NCBI GenBank assembly: GCA_027451105.1
Contig: DAIDKB010000020.1
Span: 61,395-125,394, forward strand
DNA from: a bacterium
GTDB taxonomy: Bacteria > Patescibacteriota > Saccharimonadia > Saccharimonadales > Saccharimonadaceae
Direction: 5' to 3'
Length of the DNA stretch: 64,000 nucleotides
Notes under the pieces: model-generated
What the model was told of the DNA's origin: nothing
Databases searched by the model: none
Seen by the model: only the letters and a program-made list of their open reading frames with translations
Translations under genes and position numbers: made by a program
Part shown: positions 1 to 8,971 of the stretch, piece after piece
Layout: every line of letters begins with the position of its first letter
How positions within the stretch are numbered: the stretch's first letter is position 1

Positions 1-320
1 AGGCCACGGTCAATCTTGGCAAAGTCTAGCAAGTGCTGCTCGACTGTTACTCGACCTTGTTTTTGGTCAAGTTCTGCCTCGGTTTTTCCGCGTCTGAATT
101 GAACGTTCAGGTCAGCAATCTTCTCATCAAGAATACTGCCATTAGCGTTCAGCGCAGCTTCTACTTCCCTATCCCAAACAATTTTTGGGTAAAGGTGTAA
201 GTATTGGCCAAAACCACGAGTCAGGACTACGCCACTTGTAAACTCATTTCGAATCTCGGTTGGAATTGTCAACCGGTGCTTGTCATCAAGCTTACGTTCG
301 AAATAATCTACACTGGCCAT
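1..320 (-). CDS. mraZ: Transcriptional regulator MraZ (partial; the C-terminus runs off the left edge of the window)
   Basis: Not in the ORF track because it is truncated. The reverse complement from the ATG at 320-318 reads MASVDYFERKLDDKHRLTIPTEIRNEF...ELDQKQGRVTVEQHLLDF. This shows two D-x-K-x-R(L/V)T half-repeats typical of the duplicated MraZ fold. A GTGGG-repeat operator lies directly upstream. Confidence 0.6.
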   Translation of the reverse strand, partial: MASVDYFERKLDDKHRLTIPTEIRNEFTSGVVLTRGFGQYLHLYPKIVWDREVEAALNANGSILDEKIADLNVQFRRGKTEAELDQKQGRVTVEQHLLDFAKIDRG

Positions 321-392
321 AATCTTGCTTTATCGCGGCTCCGCTAGGTTATTTTTTTAATATTAGTGGTTTTTGTTTTATCGGTGGTGTTA

Positions 393-438
393 CCCACTTG
401 TTTCCACTGGCTTAACTATACTACCCACAATTACCCAC
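393..438 (-). promoter_or_regulatory. Candidate MraZ operator: GTGGG(T/A)A boxes at 10-bp phasing upstream of mraZ
   Basis: Plus-strand CCCAC/TCCAC boxes start at 393, 403, 424 and 434. Read on the minus strand these are GTGGGTAAT, GTGGGTAGT, GTGGAAACA and GTGGGTAAC. Spacing is 10 bp with one box position skipped. Confidence 0.5.
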
Positions 439-549
439 TACAAGCCCCATTTTTTACATAATATCTAGCTTTGTGACTAGGTTATTCACAGTTCTGTGGA
501 TAAATTAGACAACTAACAGAGTGGACTAGACAGTTTTGCGCCAAATAGA

Positions 550-1815
550 TTAAACACTGCGAATCTTTTTAATAATTCGACCGAACCAACGGGCGCTTGG
601 GCGCAAGCTACGCTCCCCAGTTTTATAATCAACTGCCGCTAGACCAAAACGCGGCCATTTACCATAAGCCCACTCAAAATTATCAAGTAAGCTCCAGTGG
701 AGGTATCCCTGAAGCTCGACGCCATTCTTCATTGCTTTTTGCATTGCAATCAGACTTTGCGTAATCCACCACCGTCGGTTTTCATCCTCGCTATCTGCTA
801 GTCCGTTTTCGGTGATAATAATCGGCTTTTGGTATTTTCGGTGCAGTCGCTCCAATGCATATTGCAAATCGGCAGGAGCTAAGGTCCAGTGAACATCACT
901 TAGCTTTTCAGTCGGATTGTGAATTCGATAGCCGTAAACTCGCTGCGACTGATAGTAATTTACACCCAAGAAATCACAATGTTTAATAAACTTTTTTATA
1001 AAATAGTCATCTTGAAAATACTGCATCACTGCCGCACTCGCCTGGCTAAGCCAAGCATTGTCGCCAGCGTAAAAATAATTTGAATTTTTTGCAATCGAAA
1101 TTCGATAACGACGGTTCATAGCGTGCAAACTCTTAGCCACTTGCTTGTGCGCATAGGCCATATTATTAACGACTCGCCACCACAAATACTTGCTGTGTTT
1201 AGCTGGTGGCCAATCTTGATTATAATAACTTTCGGTCGCATAAACTTCTGGTTCATTAATCGTGATAATCAATCGCACATTTGTACCCAACTCGGCAATA
1301 ATTTTCTCGGCAAATCTAACAAAATACCTAACGTTTGAGCGCTTCTCAAAACCGCCCAGTTCGGCAAACCAAACCGGCAGACTAAAATGAAACAGTGTTA
1401 CGACCGGCTCTATCCCCAACCGCTTCAGGCTCATAATGTAGTCACGATAGTGATCGATGGCGGCGGCATCCCAAGCCCCTTCGCGCGGCTCTATCCGCGA
1501 CCATTCTATACTAAACCGATAGGCGTTCATGCCCATATGTTTTAAAAGATCAAAGTCTTCCTCGTAACGATTAAAATGATCGGCCAATTTGTCAGAAACA
1601 TAATTATTGGCCGCTTTAGCCTCACGCTTGATGTGTTCCCAGTGTGGGTATTCATTAATGTGATATTCGGCTTGGACTGATTTCGTCTTGGCGTTTTCCA
1701 GCTCCCAGACAGTCCATTGGTTGTGATTGCCACCTTCTACCTGATGGGCCGAAGTTGCCGCGCCCCATAAAAAGCGTTTTGGAAAGTTAAATGGCGAGTT
1801 GTCTAAATCATTCAT
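550..1815 (-). CDS. Glycoside hydrolase family 1 beta-glucosidase
   Basis: 421 aa. It carries the GH1 catalytic motifs TINEP (acid/base NEP) and ITENG (nucleophile). Confidence 0.85.
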   Translation of the reverse strand: MNDLDNSPFNFPKRFLWGAATSAHQVEGGNHNQWTVWELENAKTKSVQAEYHINEYPHWEHIKREAKAANNYVSDKLADHFNRYEEDFDLLKHMGMNAYRFSIEWSRIEPREGAWDAAAIDHYRDYIMSLKRLGIEPVVTLFHFSLPVWFAELGGFEKRSNVRYFVRFAEKIIAELGTNVRLIITINEPEVYATESYYNQDWPPAKHSKYLWWRVVNNMAYAHKQVAKSLHAMNRRYRISIAKNSNYFYAGDNAWLSQASAAVMQYFQDDYFIKKFIKHCDFLGVNYYQSQRVYGYRIHNPTEKLSDVHWTLAPADLQYALERLHRKYQKPIIITENGLADSEDENRRWWITQSLIAMQKAMKNGVELQGYLHWSLLDNFEWAYGKWPRFGLAAVDYKTGERSLRPSARWFGRIIKKIRSV

Positions 1816-1858
1816 CGCTATCTATTATAGCCTGTTTGCAGATTGGATGCTAAGCCGC

Positions 1859-3376
1859 CTATTGAATCGTATCTTCACCAAAATGTTTTTGCAGACGCAT
1901 CGTTACCGAACCTTCATGACGACCCAGCAGCTTACTTAGCTCTTTAACGGTCGCGCCGTTTTGAAACTTCTCTTTAAGTAGACTATCCTGAGCTGGCTCC
2001 CAAGGTTTATATGCATTCGGATAAGTCTCGCGCATTTTGGCAATCTTTTCATTCCAGCCAGATTTAGCCGGTGTCTTTTTAGGGAGTTCGGTTTTGCGTT
2101 TTTTTGCCGCCTCGGCCAGATAGGCAAATCTTTTACTGTCACGAGCGGCCTTGTCGCGCAGTAAAGTATCAATCTGTTGAGCATCTTCACTAACTCGCAG
2201 TGCCATTTGATTAATGCCAGTTAAATACAAATTGTTCAAGTTTTTTACTCGGCTAAGTGCCACATAGCCCATGCCTTCAACGAAAGCCTTGCGCAGGTCA
2301 ATCCTGGCAGCATCAAGCGTCATACCCTGAGACTTATGAACTGTTATCGCCCATGCCAGACGAAGCGGAATCTGGGTGATACTCGCCCGTTTTTTGTCGC
2401 CATCGCGCAGTTCCCAGGTGTCAGGCAGCATTGTTACAATCTTGCCGTTCTTAAATTCAACCACCGGATACTCGGTGCCAGCTTCAAAATCCATCACGAC
2501 ACCCAAACTACCATTAGCATATTTACGCTCGGTACTATTCTTCACCGCCATCACTAAAGCACCCTTTTTTAGTCGCAGTACGGCCGGCGCCAACACGGAG
2601 CGCTGCAAATTTTCGACATAATTGTCTGACCCGGTCGTAGACTGTGTATAAAAAATTTCGTCGCCCTCAAGTTCGTCAAGCTTGGCACCATTTATTTGAT
2701 CAACGTCGACATTAACAGTGTGTAGTTCGGTCAAAATTTCGTCCGGCAATGGCTCAATGCCAACCCTATCAAGCAGCTTCTGGGCGTGATGGCGGCGCAA
2801 TTCACCACCGCGGAGCGAGTTTAAAATATCAAGCAAAACTTCATCATCTTGGCGGTGTTGCTCTTCCAAATAGCAAATTGTTGGGTCAAGCTCTTGCCAG
2901 ACCTTACTGTTAACTACAAATCCGCCAGCCCGCGAATCGCCTCTGTTAATTGGCGGTAATTGAAAAAAATCACCACTCATCACTACCTGGATACCACCGA
3001 ACGGCTCATCTTTTTTGCGGACAATCCGACAAACTTCGTCAATCATATCCAATCGAAAATCGTGCAACATACTAATCTCATCAATGATTAAAATGTCGGT
3101 CTTTTCAATAATTTCACGTCGCCCTTTAGCGATATTGTCGACAAAACCATTGTGTAAACTATCAGCTACACCTATACCACTCCAGCTGTGAATAGTCGTG
3201 CCGCCCAAATGAGTCGCCGCCAGCCCAGTCGTAGCCGTCACCGATACGTGCTTGCCCTCACTTTTGGCCAGTCGAATTAGTTGGTTCAACACAAAAGTCT
3301 TGCCGGCACCCGCTGGCCCGGTTAGTAAAACGCTTTCTCCCGAAAGCATCACCTCTAGTGCAATCCCCTGTTTCAT
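1859..3376 (-). CDS. Pif1/RecD-family ATP-dependent DNA helicase with a C-terminal HTH-like tail
   Basis: 505 aa. Walker A is GPAGAGKTF, a DEISM box is present, and motif VI is AITVHKSQG. The roughly 70-aa C-terminal helical tail (KELSKLLGRHEGSVTMRL) looks like an HTH. Confidence 0.8.
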   Translation of the reverse strand: MKQGIALEVMLSGESVLLTGPAGAGKTFVLNQLIRLAKSEGKHVSVTATTGLAATHLGGTTIHSWSGIGVADSLHNGFVDNIAKGRREIIEKTDILIIDEISMLHDFRLDMIDEVCRIVRKKDEPFGGIQVVMSGDFFQLPPINRGDSRAGGFVVNSKVWQELDPTICYLEEQHRQDDEVLLDILNSLRGGELRRHHAQKLLDRVGIEPLPDEILTELHTVNVDVDQINGAKLDELEGDEIFYTQSTTGSDNYVENLQRSVLAPAVLRLKKGALVMAVKNSTERKYANGSLGVVMDFEAGTEYPVVEFKNGKIVTMLPDTWELRDGDKKRASITQIPLRLAWAITVHKSQGMTLDAARIDLRKAFVEGMGYVALSRVKNLNNLYLTGINQMALRVSEDAQQIDTLLRDKAARDSKRFAYLAEAAKKRKTELPKKTPAKSGWNEKIAKMRETYPNAYKPWEPAQDSLLKEKFQNGATVKELSKLLGRHEGSVTMRLQKHFGEDTIQ

Positions 3377-3431
3377 TCCTTTAAGTATACCATTTTCAGA
3401 TAATAAGCGCCCACTAGACTATAATAATATT

Positions 3432-4283
3432 ATGTTTAGGTTTGCTCTGCGGACTTTGTGGCGTGGACTTATATTAGCCGCCGGTGCCCTGATTTTATGG
3501 TGGGTTATTTTTAAGGCTGTCCCTTATGCTGATGCCAGATTACCAATTTATATTGTCGTCATTCTGGTTTACTGCTTTTTAGTCTATCTAGTCATTCCAT
3601 CTTTAATTCGCATATTTAGGCTATTTGTCAAAGCCAACCACGTTCCTCACTATGCCACTACCTCTGACGGCTGGCCATCCGACCCAATCAATATTGCGAT
3701 TATAGCCAAAAGTCGCCATCAGCTACAACAAATTATGGAGCAAGCTGGCTGGTATACTGCTGATCCAATGAATCTTAAAAACGGTATCCGTGAAGTCATA
3801 TCGATCGTCTTTAATAAATCTTACCCACGAGCACCATTTACACCACTTTACTTGTTTAATCGCCCACATGATATTGGTTTTCAAGTCCCAACCAATCCAG
3901 CCGGCAGCGCTCGCACCAGGCACCATGTCCGTTTCTGGCGACTCGAAGAGCCAAAAGTAACCAAAACCAATAGCCACTATGAATTTTGGATGAGCAAGCT
4001 TCGTCACCTGCTGCAAATCGAGAAAGAGGTCTGGATCGGTGCAGCTATCGAAGATACCCAGCCAATAAATATACGTTGGCGCGATGGCGGCCGCATCATC
4101 CATGGCATTAGCCAAGACGCTGACCGTGAGCGTGATTTTGTTGTTAATAGCCTAAAAAAGACAAACAAGGTAAAAAGTGTCGCCCTCACCCAGCCGGGTA
4201 AGCTCGTTAAGTTTCGTGGTCAGCAGTATTTTAAGGCTAGCTTTACGGTTGACGGCAGTATCGAGGTGATAACGCTCAAGTAA
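3432..4283 (+). CDS. Membrane protein with an LssY_C-like C-terminal domain
   Basis: The track ORF 3252..4283 is trimmed to the ATG at 3432 (MFRFALRTLW), because the upstream part is antisense to the helicase gene. Hydrophobic helices sit at the N-terminus. They are followed by SDPINIAIIA...AGWYTADP...RTRHHVRFW...VWIGAAIED...DADRERDF, which matches my memory of the LssY C-terminal family. Confidence 0.6.
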   Translation: MFRFALRTLWRGLILAAGALILWWVIFKAVPYADARLPIYIVVILVYCFLVYLVIPSLIRIFRLFVKANHVPHYATTSDGWPSDPINIAIIAKSRHQLQQIMEQAGWYTADPMNLKNGIREVISIVFNKSYPRAPFTPLYLFNRPHDIGFQVPTNPAGSARTRHHVRFWRLEEPKVTKTNSHYEFWMSKLRHLLQIEKEVWIGAAIEDTQPINIRWRDGGRIIHGISQDADRERDFVVNSLKKTNKVKSVALTQPGKLVKFRGQQYFKASFTVDGSIEVITLK

Positions 4284-5261
4284 TTAGCCGCGCGGTGGCT
4301 CGCCTTCAGGATCGCCCAAAAGTTTTTTGCTTTTTACTTCATAACGGCGGCCAGTCAGCTGGCTAGTGATGTAATCTTCGTTAATTAGATTCACAAAAGT
4401 GTCCAGGTCATTACCGTCAAGAATAATAATCGCACCAGCATCATCGGTCATAAGCTCTAGCTGCATTTCGTCAGCATAATCAATCACCTGGTCTTGAGTA
4501 ATCGGACCAACTTCAATCTTTTGAATTTTGTTGACCGTCTTTTTACGTTCGCGTACCATCGACTGCAAATCAAGGCCGTCTGGAAAGCTCAGCTTAAACT
4601 GCTTCTCAATCTCGGCAACTTTTTTATCAGCCAAAGCCTGTTTTTTGTAATCATAGTTAAACAAATGTTCAAATTTTGGCTGATTAAATACAAAGATATT
4701 ACCGTCAATAATCAATACCTGATTATCAACCGGCACCTTTAGGCCAACCTCAGCCTGAAAAGCGCCAAACTTGCCGTCACGAAATTCCCAAGCGGTTGCC
4801 CCTTTTAGGACCTGCCCTTGCGAAATCTGCTTAATTGCATAAAAAGGTTTGTCGGTCGAATCTTTACGCGTAAAACGCGCGATAATACCCTTTATCGTCT
4901 TAAATTCGTGCTCTTGCTCACTAAATTCGACAATGTCCGACCGTTGATGCTCGATAAGGTTAAGTAATGTTTCGGCGCGACCAACCTTCTCGAGGTCGGT
5001 TCGTAATAATACGTTCTCTTCATCTTCGGACAGCTCAAAATCACGAACCGTTAAGCCCGTACCGGCGCCCATGTTCACAAAATTAATTGCATCGTATAAA
5101 AATAACGGTTTGATCTGAGCGTTCAGCTCACTGCCAAAACGAGTCGTGTAGGGCGTGTAGTGTTTATTAAACAAAAAGAACTCAACATCTAATTCTTTTT
5201 TAATACCATCAGTATTATTTGCCCACAAAAAAATATCAATCGGCTCGGTTTTTTCGTCCAT
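4284..5261 (-). CDS. DUF4868 / KwaB-like protein (tentative family assignment)
   Basis: 325 aa and soluble. Size and layout resemble DUF4868 (Kiwa KwaB) proteins as I recall them: a variable N-terminus, a central IKGIIARF...FYAIKQIS...VLK block, then LIIDGNIFVFNQPKFEHLFNYDY. No search was run. Its own TACAAT -10 lies at about 5291-5296. Confidence 0.45.
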   Translation of the reverse strand: MDEKTEPIDIFLWANNTDGIKKELDVEFFLFNKHYTPYTTRFGSELNAQIKPLFLYDAINFVNMGAGTGLTVRDFELSEDEENVLLRTDLEKVGRAETLLNLIEHQRSDIVEFSEQEHEFKTIKGIIARFTRKDSTDKPFYAIKQISQGQVLKGATAWEFRDGKFGAFQAEVGLKVPVDNQVLIIDGNIFVFNQPKFEHLFNYDYKKQALADKKVAEIEKQFKLSFPDGLDLQSMVRERKKTVNKIQKIEVGPITQDQVIDYADEMQLELMTDDAGAIIILDGNDLDTFVNLINEDYITSQLTGRRYEVKSKKLLGDPEGEPPRG

Positions 5262-5320
5262 GTTTTTCTTCCTATTAATTAAATCTGTATCTATTGTAAC
5301 GTATGTTTACAGCCTTTTGG

Positions 5321-5740
5321 CTATAATCTAACACCTTCGCGAGCCTTGTTTGCCCACGTGTCGGCTAGCTCGTTGCCCTCATCGCCTTCGTGTCCGCGCA
5401 CCCAAGTTAAAGTTGCATTTGAACTTTTATAAAGCGGATAAACTTTTTGCACAATATCGAGGTTCTTTATTTCACCACCAGCCTTCCGCCAGCCTTTAGC
5501 TTCCCAGCCTGGCGCCCACTTGGTAATCACATTAATCCAAAACTCACTATCCGTAAAAATTTCGGCATGCTCGCCAGCCGCATCCTCGAGGGCGGCGATA
5601 ATCGCCTTACCTTCCATGCGAATGTTTGTCGTTGAACCATCTTCACTGCCCAAAATATGAGGAGCGCCATTTTTAATAACAGCAAAACCTCCAGGACCTG
5701 GGTTGGGGCTTGCACTTCCATCGGTATAATATGTAATCAT
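5321..5740 (-). CDS. rnhA: Ribonuclease HI
   Basis: 139 aa with YTDGSASPNPGPGGFAVI, EGKAIIAALE, IFTDSEF and GHEGDEGNELAD. This gives the canonical DEDD catalytic layout of RNase H1. Confidence 0.9.
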   Translation of the reverse strand: MITYYTDGSASPNPGPGGFAVIKNGAPHILGSEDGSTTNIRMEGKAIIAALEDAAGEHAEIFTDSEFWINVITKWAPGWEAKGWRKAGGEIKNLDIVQKVYPLYKSSNATLTWVRGHEGDEGNELADTWANKAREGVRL

Positions 5741-5818
5741 CTTTTACCATTCTACACTTAATCACTAGCAGAATCGAACATTATGGCGCATAATATATCT
5801 TACCGAAAGGATCTAAAT

Positions 5819-5881
5819 ATGGCAGAAAAACACGGCAAACCAAAGAAAGAAATCAAAAAGCCAAAAAAGATTAAAGAATAG
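5819..5881 (+). CDS. Possible 20-aa lysine-rich micro-ORF (MAEKHGKPKKEIKKPKKIKE)
   Basis: The ATG at 5819 is preceded by GAAAGGA 7 nt upstream. An in-frame upstream ATG at 5783 would give 32 aa. It is followed by the hairpin at 5900-5927. No homology evidence. Confidence 0.2.
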   Translation: MAEKHGKPKKEIKKPKKIKE

Positions 5882-5899
5882 TTTTTGGCTCACACAAAC

Positions 5900-5927
5900 A
5901 AAGAAACGCTAGCACTAGCGTTTCTTT
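5900..5927 (-). terminator. Intrinsic terminator hairpin (usable on both strands)
   Basis: AAAGAAACGCTAG/CTAGCGTTTCTTT inverted repeat. On the minus strand it is followed by TTTGTTTGTGTG, directly downstream of CDS 5946..6518. Confidence 0.6.
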
Positions 5928-5945
5928 GTCATTTATAGATGTTAT

Positions 5946-6518
5946 TTATTGATTAATTACACTAATCTGAGTTGCTGTAATCGTGTTATCAGTCGTAGTG
6001 CCAACAACCGAAACCGTGTCATTTACAACTGGCTTTGTACCGCCGACATATTGAGTTGACGAGTCGGTCTTGATAGTAGTTTGCTTACCATTACCGGCAA
6101 TAACAATATTATCGCTATTTACTGCCGTCACTACACCAGTCTGATAATTATAGACAGTAGTTGTAACTGAGTCGCTGCTAGCTTGGGTCTGGACATACTG
6201 GCCGTAACCTATGCCTGATCCATAACCACCATAATGCATCATTCGATTAACTGTGTAATATGGCTGGTCATTTATACCCCGCTCATATCGATTGCGCATC
6301 ATAAAGCCAGCGGCCGTCGCGAGCGCCAACAAAAACAAGACCACTAAGATTACTATAACAATCAGCCCTCGCCTGCCTATCCGATTGTGCCAACTATTTG
6401 CATAGACATCCTTATGAACGCCATTAGGATTATCTGCTGTCGCTGGAGTATGCTTTGTGGTAGTTGTTTCGTCCACAGCATTTGATTCGTGTAGTGATTG
6501 ATGTTTTTCTTCTGCCAT
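5946..6518 (-). CDS. Membrane-anchored hypothetical protein (DUF5666-like beta-rich C-terminus)
   Basis: 190 aa. It has one TM helix (LIVIVILVVLFLLALATAAGF) followed by a T/V/S-rich repetitive beta region. Confidence 0.5.
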   Translation of the reverse strand: MAEEKHQSLHESNAVDETTTTKHTPATADNPNGVHKDVYANSWHNRIGRRGLIVIVILVVLFLLALATAAGFMMRNRYERGINDQPYYTVNRMMHYGGYGSGIGYGQYVQTQASSDSVTTTVYNYQTGVVTAVNSDNIVIAGNGKQTTIKTDSSTQYVGGTKPVVNDTVSVVGTTTDNTITATQISVINQ

Positions 6519-6589
6519 ATCAATATAATCTCCTTTACGAAATTAATAATATAGCCGAAATCTGAATAAAAGCTTATAATTTTTCGATT

Positions 6590-6892
6590 TTATTCAACTA
6601 TTTTTACGTTGCCCCGAAAAGCCACGTAATTAGCAAAGTTACCCCCGGCTCGCTCGGCGGCGTCCTGTTTTGGAACTGGATAATACCAAGCTGCCAGTTC
6701 ATCAACCTCACCGTCAACCACCACATTATAATAATTAGCTTCACCCTGCCAGGTTGGTGCCGTCAGAAAACTATTTTCTTCAAAATACTGCCACTCCAGA
6801 TATTTTGGCGGAAAATACCAATCACTTTCAATCTGAATCAAGGCTTCAGTCGGCGCATCGGCAATAATTGTATGCTTAAAAATAGCTTTCAT
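6590..6892 (-). CDS. DUF427 domain protein
   Basis: 100 aa. ESDWYFPPKYL...GEANYYNVVVDGE...AAWYYPVP...YVAF fits the DUF427 pattern. Confidence 0.6.
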   Translation of the reverse strand: MKAIFKHTIIADAPTEALIQIESDWYFPPKYLEWQYFEENSFLTAPTWQGEANYYNVVVDGEVDELAAWYYPVPKQDAAERAGGNFANYVAFRGNVKIVE

Positions 6893-6894
6893 AT

Positions 6895-8244
6895 CTATAG
6901 ATCGGTAATATTTACTCTCTTCTGTTCGGTCGTGTCGCGGTCGCGAATTGTCACGGCGTTATCATCAAGTGTCTCAAAATCAACGACAACACAAAATGGC
7001 GTACCAATTTCGTCTTGGCGTCGGTAGCGTTTACCGATGTTACCATTGTCATCCCACATAACATTGCCGTGTTTTTTCTTTAAAATGTCGTAAACTTCGC
7101 GAGCTTTAGCGACCAGCTCGGGCTTGTTTTTAAGCAGTGGCGAAATAGCATATTTAACTGGCGCCAGGTGTTGCGGCAATCTTAGGTAAACACGCTTTTC
7201 ACCATTAACTTCATCCTCGGTGTAAGCTGCCGATAATACCGCCATCAAGGCTCGTTCGACACCGAATGAAGGCTCAATGACGTGCGGAATAAACTTGGTA
7301 TTCGTACCCTTGACGGTATATTCCATGTTCTTGCCGGCTTCGCGCTGAATATTACCAAGGTCAAAATCAGTCCGGTAAGCTAGACCCAACAGTTCTTCAC
7401 GGCCAATCGGAAAATCAAATTCAAAATCAATCGTGCGTTTACTGTAGTGCGCCCGATCAGCTTCGGCGACTTCTAGTTCGTGCACATTTTCAGCTGGCAA
7501 GCCCAAAGCGTCCGTCCATTCATGAACCAAGCCAACCCACTTATTAAATTCGGCCTCCCAGTTGGCTGGATCAATAAAGTATTCAATCTCCATTTGTTCA
7601 AACTCGCGTGATCTAAAAATAAAATCGCGTGGGCTAATTTCGTTGCGAAAAGCCTTACCCTGCTGAGCCAAACCAAATGGCAAATCCGGATAAAAACTGT
7701 CCAGCACGTTTTTGTAGTTCGTAAAAATACCCTGAGCCGTTTCGGGGCGCAAATAGCTAACACTCGATTCATCATCAACTGGTCCAACCGTCGTTTTGAA
7801 CATCATATTAAAGGTGCGGACTTCAGATAATGAATTGCCATTAGGGCTTTTAATATCTTTTTCGCGAATTAGTGCGGTCATTTCCTCTAGATTGAGGCCG
7901 TCGGCCAAAAAACCGGCGTCTTTAATCAGGTGATCGGCTCGAAAACGTTGTTTGGTCTCTAGATCTTCAACCAGTGGGTCCGTAAAAGTATCGACGTGAC
8001 CACTCGCCTTCCAGACGCGTGGGTTCATCAAAATCGCGGCATCAACACCGTACATATCCTCACGGTCCTGCACAAACATCTTCCACCAAAGATTCATAAT
8101 ATTGCGCTTTAAGCTGACGCCGAGTGGACCAAAATCCCAAGTACCGCTTAGGCCACCATAGACTTCACTGCCCCGATAAATAAAGCCGCGGCGCTTGGCT
8201 AGGCTTACGATTGCTTCCATTTTTTCGTTCTTATTTTTATCCAT
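6895..8244 (-). CDS. glyQS: Glycine--tRNA ligase (alpha2 dimer type)
   Basis: 449 aa. Class II aaRS motifs are present (FRNEISPR, GVERA) and the N-terminus RRGFIYRGSEVYGG is typical of GlyQS. Confidence 0.9.
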   Translation of the reverse strand: MDKNKNEKMEAIVSLAKRRGFIYRGSEVYGGLSGTWDFGPLGVSLKRNIMNLWWKMFVQDREDMYGVDAAILMNPRVWKASGHVDTFTDPLVEDLETKQRFRADHLIKDAGFLADGLNLEEMTALIREKDIKSPNGNSLSEVRTFNMMFKTTVGPVDDESSVSYLRPETAQGIFTNYKNVLDSFYPDLPFGLAQQGKAFRNEISPRDFIFRSREFEQMEIEYFIDPANWEAEFNKWVGLVHEWTDALGLPAENVHELEVAEADRAHYSKRTIDFEFDFPIGREELLGLAYRTDFDLGNIQREAGKNMEYTVKGTNTKFIPHVIEPSFGVERALMAVLSAAYTEDEVNGEKRVYLRLPQHLAPVKYAISPLLKNKPELVAKAREVYDILKKKHGNVMWDDNGNIGKRYRRQDEIGTPFCVVVDFETLDDNAVTIRDRDTTEQKRVNITDL

Positions 8245-8299
8245 AACTTCTTCGTATTATACCAGAATTGATGAAATGTTATATTTACAATAAATCCCC

Positions 8300-8327
8300 T
8301 TGCTTGTCGCCTAAAAAAGAGTACAAT
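8300..8327 (+). promoter_or_regulatory. Sigma70-type promoter for the 8381 ORF
   Basis: TTGCTT (8300-8305), a 16-nt spacer, then TACAAT (8322-8327). Confidence 0.45.
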
Positions 8328-8380
8328 TCATTCCAGTTCTGCTCTCCACCGCTTTTACCACAGTCGCAAAAGGGGCCGAC

Positions 8381-8821
8381 ATGAACACTCCATCGAAGAA
8401 CAGCCAGGAAGCCGCCGAAAACGTTCGGGCCCTGCGTAACGCCATTGCAAACTGCACTGGTGCCACGCAGCCGATCCGGTCAGCGCTCAGCAAGTGCACC
8501 ATCGATTTCGAAGCCGGTTTTCGCAATGCCGAGGCAAGCCTCGCCATTGCGGTAGCCCGCATCCTGTGTTGCCCCGCTCCTCCCCAGCGTCGTAGCGCCA
8601 ACACTTACCGGGTCGATCTGGCCACTATGCAGGGCTTTGACCCTGAACTGCCCGCCCTCTACAGCCAGCTCGCCATCGAGGCGATGACGGCCATCCTGAA
8701 CAACCTTGTCAATATTTCATTGTTCGACAAGGAGAAGCTGCAGCAGCAGTATCAGGATGCCATCGACGAGGAATTTGAGCGGCTGTCGAAGCGCACGGTG
8801 CTGTTAAACACTGCGGTCTGA
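8381..8821 (+). CDS. Hypothetical protein encoded in GC-rich DNA (no recognisable family)
   Basis: 146 aa. GGGG lies 6 nt upstream of the ATG. A spot count gives about 62% GC at 8401-8460. It has its own promoter and terminator. I treat the antisense ORF 8311..8604 as a GC shadow. Confidence 0.5.
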   Translation: MNTPSKNSQEAAENVRALRNAIANCTGATQPIRSALSKCTIDFEAGFRNAEASLAIAVARILCCPAPPQRRSANTYRVDLATMQGFDPELPALYSQLAIEAMTAILNNLVNISLFDKEKLQQQYQDAIDEEFERLSKRTVLLNTAV

Positions 8822-8846
8822 GTCATCAGGCCACAGCACGATGGAG

Positions 8847-8876
8847 ACCCCGCCTGAAATATGGCGGGGTTTTTCC
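8847..8876 (+). terminator. Rho-independent terminator
   Basis: ACCCCGCC, a 9-nt loop, GGCGGGGT, followed by TTTTT. Confidence 0.75.
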
Positions 8877-8889
8877 AATCTTAGGATAA

Positions 8890-8918
8890 TTGACCTTTTA
8901 TTATTTTAATTATATAAT
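8890..8918 (+). promoter_or_regulatory. Near-consensus sigma70 promoter for the 8972 ORF
   Basis: TTGACC (8890-8895), exactly 17 nt, then TATAAT (8913-8918). It sits in an AT-rich spacer between two GC-rich ORFs. Confidence 0.6.
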
Positions 8919-8971
8919 TACACCAGTTCTTTGATAGACCACAGTCATTCCAACGACCAACGGAGACCACC

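Noticed and set aside
482-503. TTATTCACA and TGTGGATAA (a perfect DnaA-box consensus) form a near-palindrome. I considered whether this marks an oriC.
   Set aside because: There are only two boxes. There is no AT-rich unwinding element or box cluster, no dnaA/dnaN nearby, and no switch in coding-strand bias anywhere in the window. It is equally well explained as the terminator-like hairpin after the glucosidase gene.
3252-3431. N-terminal 60 codons of the track ORF 3252..4283.
   Set aside because: This part lies antisense inside the helicase gene and reads as low-complexity shadow sequence. The ATG at 3432 begins the hydrophobic N-terminus just after the helicase start region.
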